Assembly (NCBI RefSeq): GCF_009914755.1 | Contig: NC_060930.1 | Length of the DNA stretch: 64,000 nt | Reading direction: 5' to 3' (one strand) | From: the human T2T-CHM13v2.0 reference genome, Homo sapiens | Shown: positions 27,129-40,264 of the stretch, piece by piece | Layout: each line of letters begins with the position of its first letter | How positions within the stretch are numbered: position 1 is the first letter of the stretch | Position numbers and translations under genes: made by a program | Notes under the pieces: generated by a model | Told to the model about the DNA's origin: nothing | Seen by the model: only the letters and a program-made list of their open reading frames with translations | The model's database searches: none

Positions 27129-30100
27129 TGAAAACAAACCTACCTTTTAGTTCTATTTCATTTTCACTGTTCCTATCTCCCACACTCCACGTTTACATAC
27201 TCTGTCATAGTCTTCCTTGAAAAATCACCCTCAGTGTGTCATTGCATTTTATTCAACAGTATATAGTACAAAGTCTATAATTTAGAGTCCAGGTTTCCTC
27301 ACATTGAGCCTAACCTGGCTTTCCAGGTTACCTATTATCAATCTCACCACGGGACCTGTACTAATTGCTCCCTTCAATTACTCTGCCTTTTCCCAGCTCT
27401 TTGCTTTTGTTCACATTCTTCTTCCCTATCCCCCTACTCTCTTCATTCAACTAAGATATCTTCTCCACTAACTCCACCTACTGAATCTCTTTTTCCTGCT
27501 AAGGCTCATGATTCTATTTCCCCTATGAAGTTTTCTTTGATCATTCCAACCAGAAGTGATCATTCCCTCTCTGAATTCCTATTCCTCTATTTACATTCCC
27601 ATGTAGCATGCAATCTATTTTAGGCATTGCCTTATCTTTTCAACCATGTGATAATTGCCTAGAATTCAAAAGTTAATCTTAGTATTTCAGTTATAAATTT
27701 GTGCCTTTAGAATACTTATTTACATTGTCAATGGAACAAAAAAAGGGGGGAAGACAATTATTTTCCCATTTGCTCTTAATTATATTTACACATGGTTAAG
27801 ACCGGATATGGATTGTGTTTAACCAGATGCTAGAATGAGTTTGGGTCTGCATGATCTGTCATACAGACACATCTGGCACTGAAATCTGGGAATGTTGTTG
27901 TGACCTTTTAGCCCCTACACGCACATGAATCTTAGGAGACCGACATTAGTATTCAGAAAAAAAAGGGTTTATACATGCAACAACTATTTTAAATCCTTTT
28001 ACACAAGGAGATAATCCCCTACCTATTTTAAATAAATAAGAAAAAAATAGATCTAAGAGGGAGAAGTCATGTTTCAGAAGGTTTTCTGATGTTAATTTAT
28101 ATCCTCAGTACCTAACAAAGTGACTGGCATATTGAAGATGCTCATGAAATACATGCATATATTTGAAAAGGAGCATCCTGCTTTTCTTTCTGTTAAATCT
28201 AAATAAGGAGATAATTTTGAAAATAAAAGATAAAACACAAGAACCTATCATCTGATATTCACAGCTTTGTGGTATAGAAATAGTTTAACTTAATGAGACC
28301 AAAGTATTCCCCAGTAGTACCTTATTTCTTCTGTCTGTATTAAGAAAATACATGGACTGTAATCAAACACAGCCTTAATGCTGTCAATATTATACAACAG
28401 AAGTGGCATATTGGCCAATCTTAAAAGCACAATTAAATGAAGTAAAAGAAGAGAAAAAGGCAAAAAAAAATTGGGATCCTAAACTTCATAGCATTCAACT
28501 ATTCTTGCCTAGAGGATGAAAAGCCGAAAAGAAAAGAGGGAAATAGAAGGAGAAAAAAAAAGCAAGCCACTGAAAGCACAGTCAGCAATAAAACCATCAG
28601 TCTTGAGATTCAGATTGGTTAAACTGAAAAAAAGTGTTAAATGAATTTAAGTCTCCTGACAGTCTGACAAAGGGATAAATGTTATTCAAGTGGATAATCA
28701 ATGGATAGGTTATTGTGTTACTATCATCCTCTAGGAAAAATACTAGAGAATGAAACAGACACAGTAAAACATTGACCAATTAAGAGTTTGAATACAGGTA
28801 AAGTCACTTAGAAGTTGACATTCACAAAACCATACTGTATAGTACTTAACAGATACTTAAGAAAACTTCCTACATCATTTTCACTACATCTGATTTCACC
28901 TTTAGAATTAGAACCAAATGACATCCTCACCCACTCCTCATTTTATTTAGCAAATAGAATCAAATGCAGCTCTATTATGCACTCATGGTAAAGGCCATTC
29001 CTCAGCTATCTTCCTATGGTGCTTTATATTCCAGGATTTGAAAAATAAAAATAGAAATATTGATCACTGTGCACTCTCGTTGTCATGGCCTGATATCACA
29101 GTCATTATAAAAATGTAATTGTATAATATACGTATTTAACATATCATATACACATATCATAAATATACAATATTGATAAAAGTCACTCCAATTAAGAATC
29201 ATTAAAATTAGACTTTATGTGGGTAAGAAGGATAGAGAGGATTCAGAGAATCATGATTCTGTATAAATTTTGTAAGAATTTAAGGAAAAAAGTAGATGTT
29301 TTTTAAAATGTAAATATAAAAGCTGATATACAGAAGTCATTCTCACATTTATACAGTATTAATGATCTGCAAAGTGAAATATACTTGAGGTAATGTTATT
29401 CTATATAAATGGCTTTATGTGGCTCTCAGTCATATTCTAATTCAAACACTTTGATTTAGATCAGTTTCAATATGAATCATCACTGAGGTATGATTTTTTT
29501 GGTTTTGTGGATTATATTGATTATGTATTTAGCTTGTTTATACATTTTTAGATAAAAATTACTTGTTACACCTGAAAATGAGTTAATAATTCAATTCCAA
29601 TAATAAAGCTAGTTTTCAGTTGTACCGTAGACTATTACTCCTGAAACATGTTGTCACAAGATATTTTTTCTTTTGAACACTTCGTGCTTTGAAAAATGTA
29701 TGAAATATATACTTGAGGTTTCAAAATGCTATGTAGCAACAATAACAGAAATTGCCATTAGAAGCTGATAGTAAGTTGACATCTGTTATTTAGCATGATA
29801 GCCTCAGTACTTGCTGTCACTTTCAAACTGAGATAACATATACCAAAAAAACCTTGCTATGACCTCTTGTTTAAAAGCATGATGACACAGATGTTAAATT
29901 GGTTCTCACTCATTGTCAGTCTATTTTTCTCTCAAATAAAATCTTTGACTGGTGCTGTGTTACACAGGAGGAAGTAAAAACTCTTACGGGTATAATAAAA
30001 GATATGAATAGACCTTGGTTGAGCTTGGAAAACTGAATGTAAGCACAGCTGCAGGGAGATTCTTGAGAAAAATGTTACCATCTGTCATCATTTTCTTCAA

Positions 30101-30769
30101 CAGGTGCTTGTAGTTTTTCTTTTTCTAAATCTCAAAAGCCTCGTTACTTCAAACATTTGTTTATAATATCAATTTCTACAATAAGTGTTATGGTGGTTTA
30201 ATAATATTGATAGTATAATAATAAATATTTTGTGTTAAAGGGAATCTTTGATCCTAAAAAATCACAGAGCTGTACAAACAAATTATATAAACACAATCTT
30301 CAGAGTTCAATATAAGCTGATCTTAATAAGTTATTTCTTCAGTAATCTTAGAAATTTAAGTGGAATGTCAAAATAGAAGGCACTTACCTTTTAGAAACCA
30401 CTTCAGATAAAGCTGAAACTGTCTATGTCTAATAAGGGATCTGTTAAATACCTACTAAAATGCCAAAATATGAACCCTGTAGCTAGTGTTCCAATGAGAA
30501 AGAGGCCCACCTGAGCAACCTGTTTGTTCTTTAAGTGTCACCTTCTAAAAATGAACATCCTGAATTTTCTCCCATGCCAACTGTCTCATTTCAGTTGTCA
30601 CGTAGGATAATGTAATACCTTGCTATAATTATAGAATCATGAAAGATACAGCATAAAATCAAAATTTTGACTCTTTATTTGGAATAATATATTTCAGTGG
30701 AAAAAACAATTTCAGACTACACCATCTGAATAAGATACTACTTTGCCTTCATCCTATCCCATCACCTTA

Positions 30770-31090
<321 letters not shown>

Positions 31091-31144
31091 TTAACTGGTT
31101 ATGTCTATTTTTTGCAAGGAATAAATTTTGAAGTTAAAACTAGT

Positions 31145-31340
31145 TCTTTCCTTTATCCTTCCCTCCCTTTCTTCCTCTCTCCCTTCCTCTCTTCCTTCCT
31201 CCCTCCCTCTCTTCCTTCCTTCCTCCTTCCTTCCTCCCTCCCTCTCTTCCTTCCTTCCTTCCTTCCTTCCTTCCTCCTTCCTTCCTCCCTCCCTTTCATT
31301 CTTCCTTTTTTCCTCCTTCTTCCCTCTCCTTTCTTTCCCC
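31145..31340. repeat. (TTCC)n / CT-rich polypyrimidine tract
   Basis: About 190 bp almost purely C/T; 7 consecutive TTCC at 31247-31274. Confidence 0.95.
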
Positions 31341-31349
31341 AGCATATAC

Positions 31350-32230
31350 TTTATTGAGTTACTATTCTTCAGACCTTATGTAGGGTTGAGGATACATGAC
31401 TATACTGGACAGTAGACAATGGAACTTATAGTTTAGTTGGGGGGGACAGACAATTTCTAAAGAAACTTAAACAATAAAATATCCAACAATTTTTAGATAA
31501 ATACTTACAGAAAAATAAAACAGAGATAACAGGGGGATCAGAAGGCTATTTCAGGGTGAGTGATCAGAAAAGTCACCACTGAGGCAATGATACTTAGGCT
31601 AAGAAGTAAACCACAATTAGGAACCATCCATGCAATGTGTGGAGAAAGTAGTTTCCAGGAAGAGAGATTAGCTATTGAAAAGGGCCTGGACAGGAGGTTG
31701 GGTTATCCAGTGGGATGAAGCAAATAAAAGCCAGTGGGACTGAATTACAGTGCCCAAAGAGGTCCCTGAGGTCAGCAGAGATCAGATGAGGCCCTAAACA
31801 CTGTGATAACTTACATGCCATTGTAGGGAGCTATAAGCAGCAAGTGGCATAATGTGTATCTGTATCTGTATCTCTGTATTTCTGTGGCTTCCATGTGAGG
31901 AATGAGGAGAAGAAGGAATAGGAATGGTAGTTGGAAGACACTCAGGAGCCTGGCAGTGGTCCTGCAGGTTCAAGCTTGAGTGGTAGTATCACTGGAGAGA
32001 GGTGGGCAGGTGTTAGATTTAGTTTCGAGGAAGAGTCAATAGAACTTGACGATGGGTTTTATATATTGGGTGAAGGAAGGAGCAGAAAGAAGGATGGCTT
32101 CTAATTTTTGACTGGAGCTAAAGCTAACAAGAAGTGCCATTTGTAGAGATGGGGAAGCCTGGGAAGGAAACAGGTTGGAGTTTAGTCAGGTTAAGTTTAA
32201 GATGCCTACCCAGAAGGAAGGCCAGGAGGC
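31350..32230 (-). mobile_element. L2 fragment
   Basis: ttattgagttactat...ggaacttatagtttagttggggggacagaca...gtgccatttgtagagatggggaag. Confidence 0.7.
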
Positions 32231-32443
32231 AGAGAACATGTAGACTGTTCTTAGGTCAAAGTAATGTACCACCAGGGGAGGGGCTCAGGACCTCAGAAAC
32301 TTCACGCTCAGCTTTGCTTTTGAAGCCCTCCACCTTCTTTTGAGTATATACCAGTCAGAAAACATTCTTTTCCCTCTTTTAATTATTTTTTCAGATTTCA
32401 AAACTTATACATAACAACTATAGAGAATTCAAAATATACTGAA

Positions 32444-32444
<1 letters not shown>

Positions 32445-32486
<42 letters not shown>

Positions 32487-32776
32487 GAGACACAGTTTCA
32501 CTCCATTACCCAGGCTGAAGTTCAGTGGCACAATCTTGGCTCCCTGCAATCTCCATCTCCTGGGTTCAAGCGATTCTCATGCCTCAGCCTCCCAAGTAAC
32601 TGGGATTACAGGTGCCTGCCACCATGCCTGGCTAATTTTTGTATTATTAGTAGAGGCAGGGTTTCACCATGTTGGCCAGGCTGGTCTCGAACTCTGGAAC
32701 TCCTGACCTCAAGCGATCTGCCTGCCTTGGCCTCCCAAAGTGCTGGGATTACAGGCGTGAGCCACTGAGCCCAACC
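32445..32776 (-). mobile_element. AluS with (TAT)n tail
   Basis: About 14 ATT units as tail; TSD AATATACTGAAATTA at 32433-32447 and 32777-32791. Confidence 0.92.
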
Positions 32777-32805
32777 AATATACTGAAATTAAAAACAGGA
32801 AAAGA

Positions 32806-33488
<683 letters not shown>

Positions 33489-33689
33489 TCAATGCATATC
33501 TATCCAGAGACCAGGCAAACTTCTTGAGGCAGGTGAAAAAGCAATATAGACAGTTTTATAGTTGCTAATGTCTTCCCTTCCATTCATTTCTTGAATAACC
33601 TGAAAGTGTAAATGCAAAGTAATTTTAGCATCACACGTAAGTTGGAAGACAGGCTGAAGGAAACCTAATCCCAGCTCCCACCAAAGGAG

Positions 33690-35130
33690 AATTTGTCTCA
33701 AAAATGTTTTAAGAAATGATCACACAGTATTTAATACTTCCAGTGACAATGCTCATGATCTCACAATCTTACAAGGCAATCTACTCAATTTTAATATCTC
33801 TGCTTGTCAGAAATGTATTCCTTATAGTAAGCTAAATTCTTCTACTCTTTCATTATATTTATTGGGTCTTCTCTTCTTTCTTCTGGGGCTTAATAAGTAG
33901 GCACTAATCCACCTTTCCTGAGCAAGACTGTACACTACAACGCCAAAGACAATGATCATGTCTTTCTCATTGTTCTTTCTCCAGGCAAAATATTGCCAGC
34001 TGTTTTTTGTTCCTCAGGTACTCAGATTTCCCAAGGTTTCAACCATCCTTGTAATTCTTTGATATGCTCCAGTTTATCCATATGTCCATTAAAAGCTATT
34101 TCCAGAAGGAGTCCTCTGGTGTGGTCAGCCTAAGATAGGGTGCTATGTCAATATTACTTCCTTTGATATGAACAGTAGAATTTTAGGCTAATGTTGCATT
34201 TATCTGTTTGGCAGCCACATTGTATTGAGCTAATACAATATAGCTAATACGTAGAGCTTTTTCCTATGAATTCCAGTTAAGTACAATTTTATACTGTGTA
34301 CATGCACAGATCATTTTTTAACAGAGTTGTTGAACTTTACTTGTATTCCCAATGAATTTTTAACTTTTAGTTTCCTTTTATTATTTAAGAATATCGCTAT
34401 CTTTTAAGTCCTCATTATGTAACCTAATGTAGCCAGTCTATTAATAATGAGTTTGGGGTGGAGCACGGTAGCTCACACCTGTAATTTCACCACTTTGGGA
34501 GGCCGAGGCAGGTGGATCGCTTGAGGTCAGGAGTTTGAGACCAGCCTGGCCAACAAGGTGAAACTCCATCTCTACTAAAAATACAAAAATTAGCCGGGTA
34601 TGGTGGTGCACGCCTGTAATCCTAGCTACTCCGGAGGCTGAGGCAGGAGAATCATTTTAACCTGGGGAACGGAGGTTGTAGTGAGCCAAGATCGCGCCAC
34701 TGCACTCCAGTCTGGCAAAAAAGTGAAACTCCATCTAAAAAAAAAAAAAAAAAAAAAAAAGAGTTTGGGTATAGGTTTAAAATATTTAGGATTATAACTA
34801 ATTCAACTTTATTAGTGCATCCTCTACAAGGATATAGTGAGAAACCCTGCAAAATACCTTACTATTACTCAGGTGCACCTATATTTAATACCCTAATCTA
34901 CAGGTCCAGCAAATCAAATGCAAAAGAAAATGCAGTCTTGTATAATTTGTGTACTGAAACCATACTGGTCTCTAGTCATTAATGATTACAAGGTGTTCAC
35001 AAACCAATTACTTCAAGTTTGACTTCGAAGTTTTTTCAAAAATTACTATAATCTCTCCCACCTATATATTTAGTGGAGACCTTTCCCCTAAGTTCAAAAG
35101 CTGGAATATTTGTCTTCATGTGGTCTTCTG
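33690..35130 (-). mobile_element. CR1/L3 relic interrupted by an AluSx (34457-34760, plus)
   Basis: aatacttccagtgac...ttacaaggcaatctact...gtcagaaatgtattccttata resembles a reversed L3 3' end. The Alu is clear (TSD GAGTTTGGG); the CR1 call is weaker. Confidence 0.55.
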
Positions 35131-36021
35131 ACCATCGTCTCATTACACTAAGCGATTGATTCATTATATCTTGTATTTATTAAGTGTTTTCAGTGTGTCA
35201 CATACTCTCCTAAGAATTTTACATGCCTATTTCATTTAATCCTCACAAAAGCCCATGCATTAAATATGATCTCCCTTCTTCACAGAAAGAAACTGTCACT
35301 TAGGTTAAGGAGTTTGCCAAGGGCCACACAATGAATAAGCAGCAAGCAGTGCTGGGATTCACACCCCGTCTAGAAGATTTCCTGCTCTTTACCGCTCAGC
35401 AGATATTTATTGAATATCTGCCAAGCACATGGAATCATTCCTGGTACCTCTAGAAGATTTGGCAGCATTGACACAGTCATCAACTTGCAAATGTTCCTTC
35501 CATACTCTAATAAGATACTAATTATCCACCACTGCTGTTACTCTTCCTCCTCCTCCCTTCTGCAACTATAGCTTGAGGGCATTTCACTGCTTATTAGTAA
35601 CCTTGGAGAATGGAGAGGAAAGGGAAGGGAAGGGATATCTATTTACATAACTGGAAAGACGCTGGAGAATTTTTCAGAATAAAAAGGGGGTCCATTTTGT
35701 TACTGTTAATTCTAATAAAAGACTTTGGAGAAGAATACTTCTCTTGGCTTAAATACAAGCCTAGAATTACCTAGGACTTTCATTTACTAATGAAATGAAA
35801 TAACATTGCTTTGACGCCCTGTGACCACACACAACTGTTAAATTTTAAACTCTGTGTGTGCAGTTATTCGTGTTGCTTAGAAATACAGCAGCTGGTACCG
35901 GTTGACAAAAGGTGTGTAGGAATGGGAGAGGGCTATGAGGATGAAAGAAAGGCTCCTAGTTCAGAAAATTTTGAAACACACCTCTACCCTCAGTTCAACG
36001 ATTGCTGTGTCAGTCCATAAA

Positions 36022-36189
36022 TTATTATTATTATTATTTGGGGGACAGAGTCTTGCTCTGTTGCCCAGGCTGGAGTGCAGTGGTGCAATCATAGCTCACT
36101 ACAGCCTCAAACTCCTGGCTTCAAGTGATCCTCCTGCCTCAACCTCCTGAGTAGCTAGGATTATAAGCATGAGCCACTGTGCCCAGCCC
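36022..36189 (-). mobile_element. Alu monomer (FLAM/FRAM-like) with (TAT)n tail
   Basis: A single Alu arm of about 150 bp. Confidence 0.8.
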
Positions 36190-36454
36190 TCACTATATAA
36201 ATTAGAGAAAATACTTACTCATTAAGCTTATCCCAGAAGGGTTTCCATGCCAGGAAAACCAAGCTTATTTTCCTATCTTAAAAAATAATCTTAAATGTGC
36301 AAGCACATGCTAGCCCTTGTTTAAAACATCAGATGGTCACTCTGAATGGCTGTGTATGGAATCTTGCTTTGTATCCCCATGTCCTATGTCTGCAATTTTC
36401 CATGCTTCTGCAGGTTGAATTGCCTGATTCCTATCAAACAACCTAACCATATAA

Positions 36455-36625
36455 GGTCAGTAGTTACTCAACTTGGCCCACATTGGAATCAATGGAGAAA
36501 CTTGAAAAATATATTAATGCCTGTGTCCACCTCCCAAGGATTGTGCTTTGACTGGTGGGGGATGGGGTTGCCTGGGCACTGGAATTATTAAAACATCTCC
36601 AAGTGATTCTAATGTGCAGATGAAC
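36455..36625. mobile_element. MER5A
   Basis: cagtagttactcaacttggcccacattggaatcaatggagaaactt...ctccaagtgattctaatgtgcag. Confidence 0.75.
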
Positions 36626-39600
36626 TTGAAATTTTGACATAGGAATAAAAAGTATCTTTCCCAGTTCTCACTTCTCTATTAACTTGGCCTGCTCATGACT
36701 GGACTGCAATCTGCCATAGCATGAACTCATCTTGGCCCTATCCAAAAGGATCTGGGTCTGCCAAGTACCAGGAGGCCTAGTGTCTACCTGGTTACATCTG
36801 TCATGAGTTTCCTTTTATAAGTGAGGTTTCAATGTATAAACTTCATAGAAAAAAAAGGCAGACATTTAGTTTTTCCTAAGAAACTTGAGATTTCAAAGTT
36901 TTAGTTTAAAAATTGCATGAAAGATGGAAATCTTCCTCAGGCATACATTTTTGTTGATCTGTCTTCTCAAAGGCCTTTAGCTCTCTAATATTATTGAAGA
37001 TGAGAAAGAATACAGAATATAAGAGAAATACATCAACGCCTAGTACTAAGAAAGAAACTTCTATAAAATCACCAAGTCTCTAGATCAAAGCTTGAAAGAC
37101 TCTAGCTGAGCTTACTAAACATCTGTGTAACAATGCCACAGAAATAGAAAAGAGAGCTCATGCGGTTCAGACACATTTGAAAAAAACATTAATTATATTT
37201 TCCCCAGGTAGGTAGTTTCCTGTATTCAAGGTCTACTGAGTTCTTTGATGCCTATGCCAGATCATCTTCTTCATAGTACATAATGCTTTGAATTGTACAC
37301 ACTATGGTTAACGTCGAAAGACAACCTTCAAAACTTGGGACACTTGTTTTCTTTCATGTTTTGAGTATCAGCATCCTGATCTCAAATAGCCACACAGACA
37401 CACTGCTTATCACATCACTCCGTTTTAATTATCTGCACAGCACTTAGCACTTAGTACTTTCTGATGTTTCTCTTGCTTATTTATTTGTTTAATGCTACCC
37501 CCACCACCACAATACGGGCTCCGTGATACCAATGGTTTTATCTCATTCAATGTTGTGTCCCCAGCATCTCGAAGTGTTCAATAAACATTCAGTGAATATT
37601 CAGTAAATGAACATTCCAACATTCTGAGTACTTTCCTGAAACAGTCATATGACAGCCACAGACAATTTCCATGCTTTGTGACATGAAGGCCCACATTTAT
37701 ACACCTACAAAATGAGAGTAATAAGATATTGACCTCACAGGACTATCACGAGAATTGCATGAGAACACACTGTAAGGACTTATCACAAGGTATGGCATAT
37801 GATGAATGAAAAATCATAAAAATCATATTATGGAAATGTGTCAGTGTGCCATTTATAGTGGAATAAAAGCAGTAAGAGAAATGCCATGATTTCATTTTAT
37901 CAATTTGTTTAAAATGTATCTGATTATACATGTTCTTTCACTATTTAGGAGGAAAATTAACATATGTTTTTATGTAAGCTACAGTTTGCTTTCAGGAGAA
38001 GAAGAGTACCAAACTGGGACTCAGAGGAATAAATCCAGGCTGCTGATCTGTATGGCCCAATACGCCATTTAATAGTTACCTAAGGTTTAGTTTTCTCACC
38101 TGAAACATTGAGGGGAGAGGCAAGGAAGAGTAGGAGGTTTGAGGGGAATCAATCGAAATATGAGCTCTTAAGAGGCAGCGAGTAAATATGCAAAAATCAA
38201 TATTTAGCTCATAAAAGAAAGAATGGCGTCAAGATTTTCTCACAATGTTTGGCTAAATTAGATGAATAAGATAGACCTTCATAATAAATTAAATCTGATC
38301 TATACATTATTTGTATGATACTCAGATATACAATCCCTAGCTTACAGTTAATAAAAATTATCCATTTGAAATTATTTTTGCAGACATTTTTGCGTATATG
38401 CTATATGGTGTCCTTATGAACAGCTTTTTTTTTCTACTGAAATTTAACAAGTTAAAAAGAAATAGATTTAGAAGAAGCTTCCTGGAGAAATGTTTTTCCT
38501 GTTTAAAAGTTCTTTACCAGTTTTTTTTAAGTTACAATAAAAAGCATTGTGAGTCATCCATACGCAGTTTTTTTGTATTACGTATGGATCAAATACTTCC
38601 AGAAACATGACAATGTGTAATGAATTCATCCCCTTCACCAGTAACTTTATTTTAATATGGCTCTATTACAAATGAAAAATCAATAAACCACCATTCAGTT
38701 TCTTTGAAGTAGACTCTTGCCTCTCCTTCCAACACTCTAGAAATATGCCATTGGTTGCCTAAAGCCTTGAACTTCGTTTGTCAATTCAGGTGCATTGTTT
38801 CCTTGGCTGTTAGGTCTGCCTGTTTCCTCAGGCTAATTATGAAATCATCTGCTCCGCCAGGAAGAAGCACACAGCTGAAGAGCATCATCCTGTGTTCCAG
38901 CATTACTGTGGAGCATGTGTCCTTATTACTAATGCACAAAGCACGACACTTGGAGAGGTCTCTTCGTTGCCTGGAAATTGGGGGGCATAATCTGAAGACT
39001 TATAAATATCTCTTAACAAAGCACCAGCTGAGCTGTGTCAGGGTTGCACACTCTCTTCATCTCTCCCTTACAGCCTTTCAATTTGCTTTCCAAACATTTC
39101 TTTGTCGCCGTTGGCTGGGGTGTGCTTAAAAGAAGCACATCGTTAACCACAAAGAATGCTCACTGTTTTCTGTGATTTCAAATCAGTTCCAAGCACTTCC
39201 TCAGCAAGTGGCCCGGCAGCAATTACCCTGCTGCTGAAGACACTTCGCATCACAGGCCTCAGTTTTTGAGACAAGCAAGCAAGGCTGTAAGAAATGATAA
39301 CATATGTTTCAGCCTCCATTCACCAGCGATTTATACCCCCATAAGAAGGGTGAATCAATTTTCATGCAAATTCAACAGGCATATTCAACAACGTTGCTCT
39401 CTTCTCTAATTCACACAAACTCAGCATTCATCGGCTGCATTACTTGCCTCAAATGGGCACTCACAGTTGCTAAATGATTCGGGCGGGGGTGGAGTTGCTC
39501 TGTGTCAAAAAGGGGCAAAGAACAAGGAAAGGACATGAATCCATCAGGGCAATGAGAGCTGAACTGATTCACTGAGACAAAATAGTGAGGTTTTGAAAAG

Positions 39601-40132
39601 CCAGTGCAAAAGGAGATGGCTTCCCACCTCACCCTGACACTTCTGTGAAAGATGGTGTAGAAACTGACCTCGGCAGCATTCAAGGGAAATGTTTCCACAA
39701 GCATGAGCTGCTCCAGAACAATTTATCCAATAGATTATGTTGAGATAGGCTTCACTTTACAACCACATTTCTCTCTTTTCTTTCCCATCTTGATCATACC
39801 TGTTAATATCCTCTTTGCGGAAATATCTCCAGAAGGAGTCAAAAAGGTTAAAATGGGCAGCGCAAATTTCCATATGCCAGGTCCCTGGATATAGTTTTAA
39901 AGGGCCTGTGGCCTTAAGTAAAATCTGATTTCTTAACTCCACAGGTCTGCAGGTAAATGTCACACTGCCCTCTGGAGGTAGTCTCATTGGATCTAACCCT
40001 GAATTAATGATTGCCAGCTACTGAAAAATATATGGTTGCTGAATTTCAGAAGTCTTTTTCTAGGGTGGAGAGGGTATAGAATAGGAGGACAGTTGAAAAA
40101 TTACCAACTGCTTCCAACTCCTTGTGAGTGGA

Positions 40133-40163
<31 letters not shown>

Positions 40164-40164
40164 T
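40133..40164. repeat. (TG)n microsatellite
   Basis: About 14 TG units. Confidence 0.95.
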
Positions 40165-40264
40165 CAGACAGAGAAGGGGGTGGGAAAAGGAAAGGAGAAT
40201 AAGTAAAGATTGCCCCCAATTTCAGTAGTGCCAACAGAGAAAGGATGCATGTAGACAGGAAGCT

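Noticed and set aside
31091-31415. Low-complexity ORFs (EGRK / PSSL repeats), and likewise 44549-44980
   Set aside because: Translations of microsatellites.
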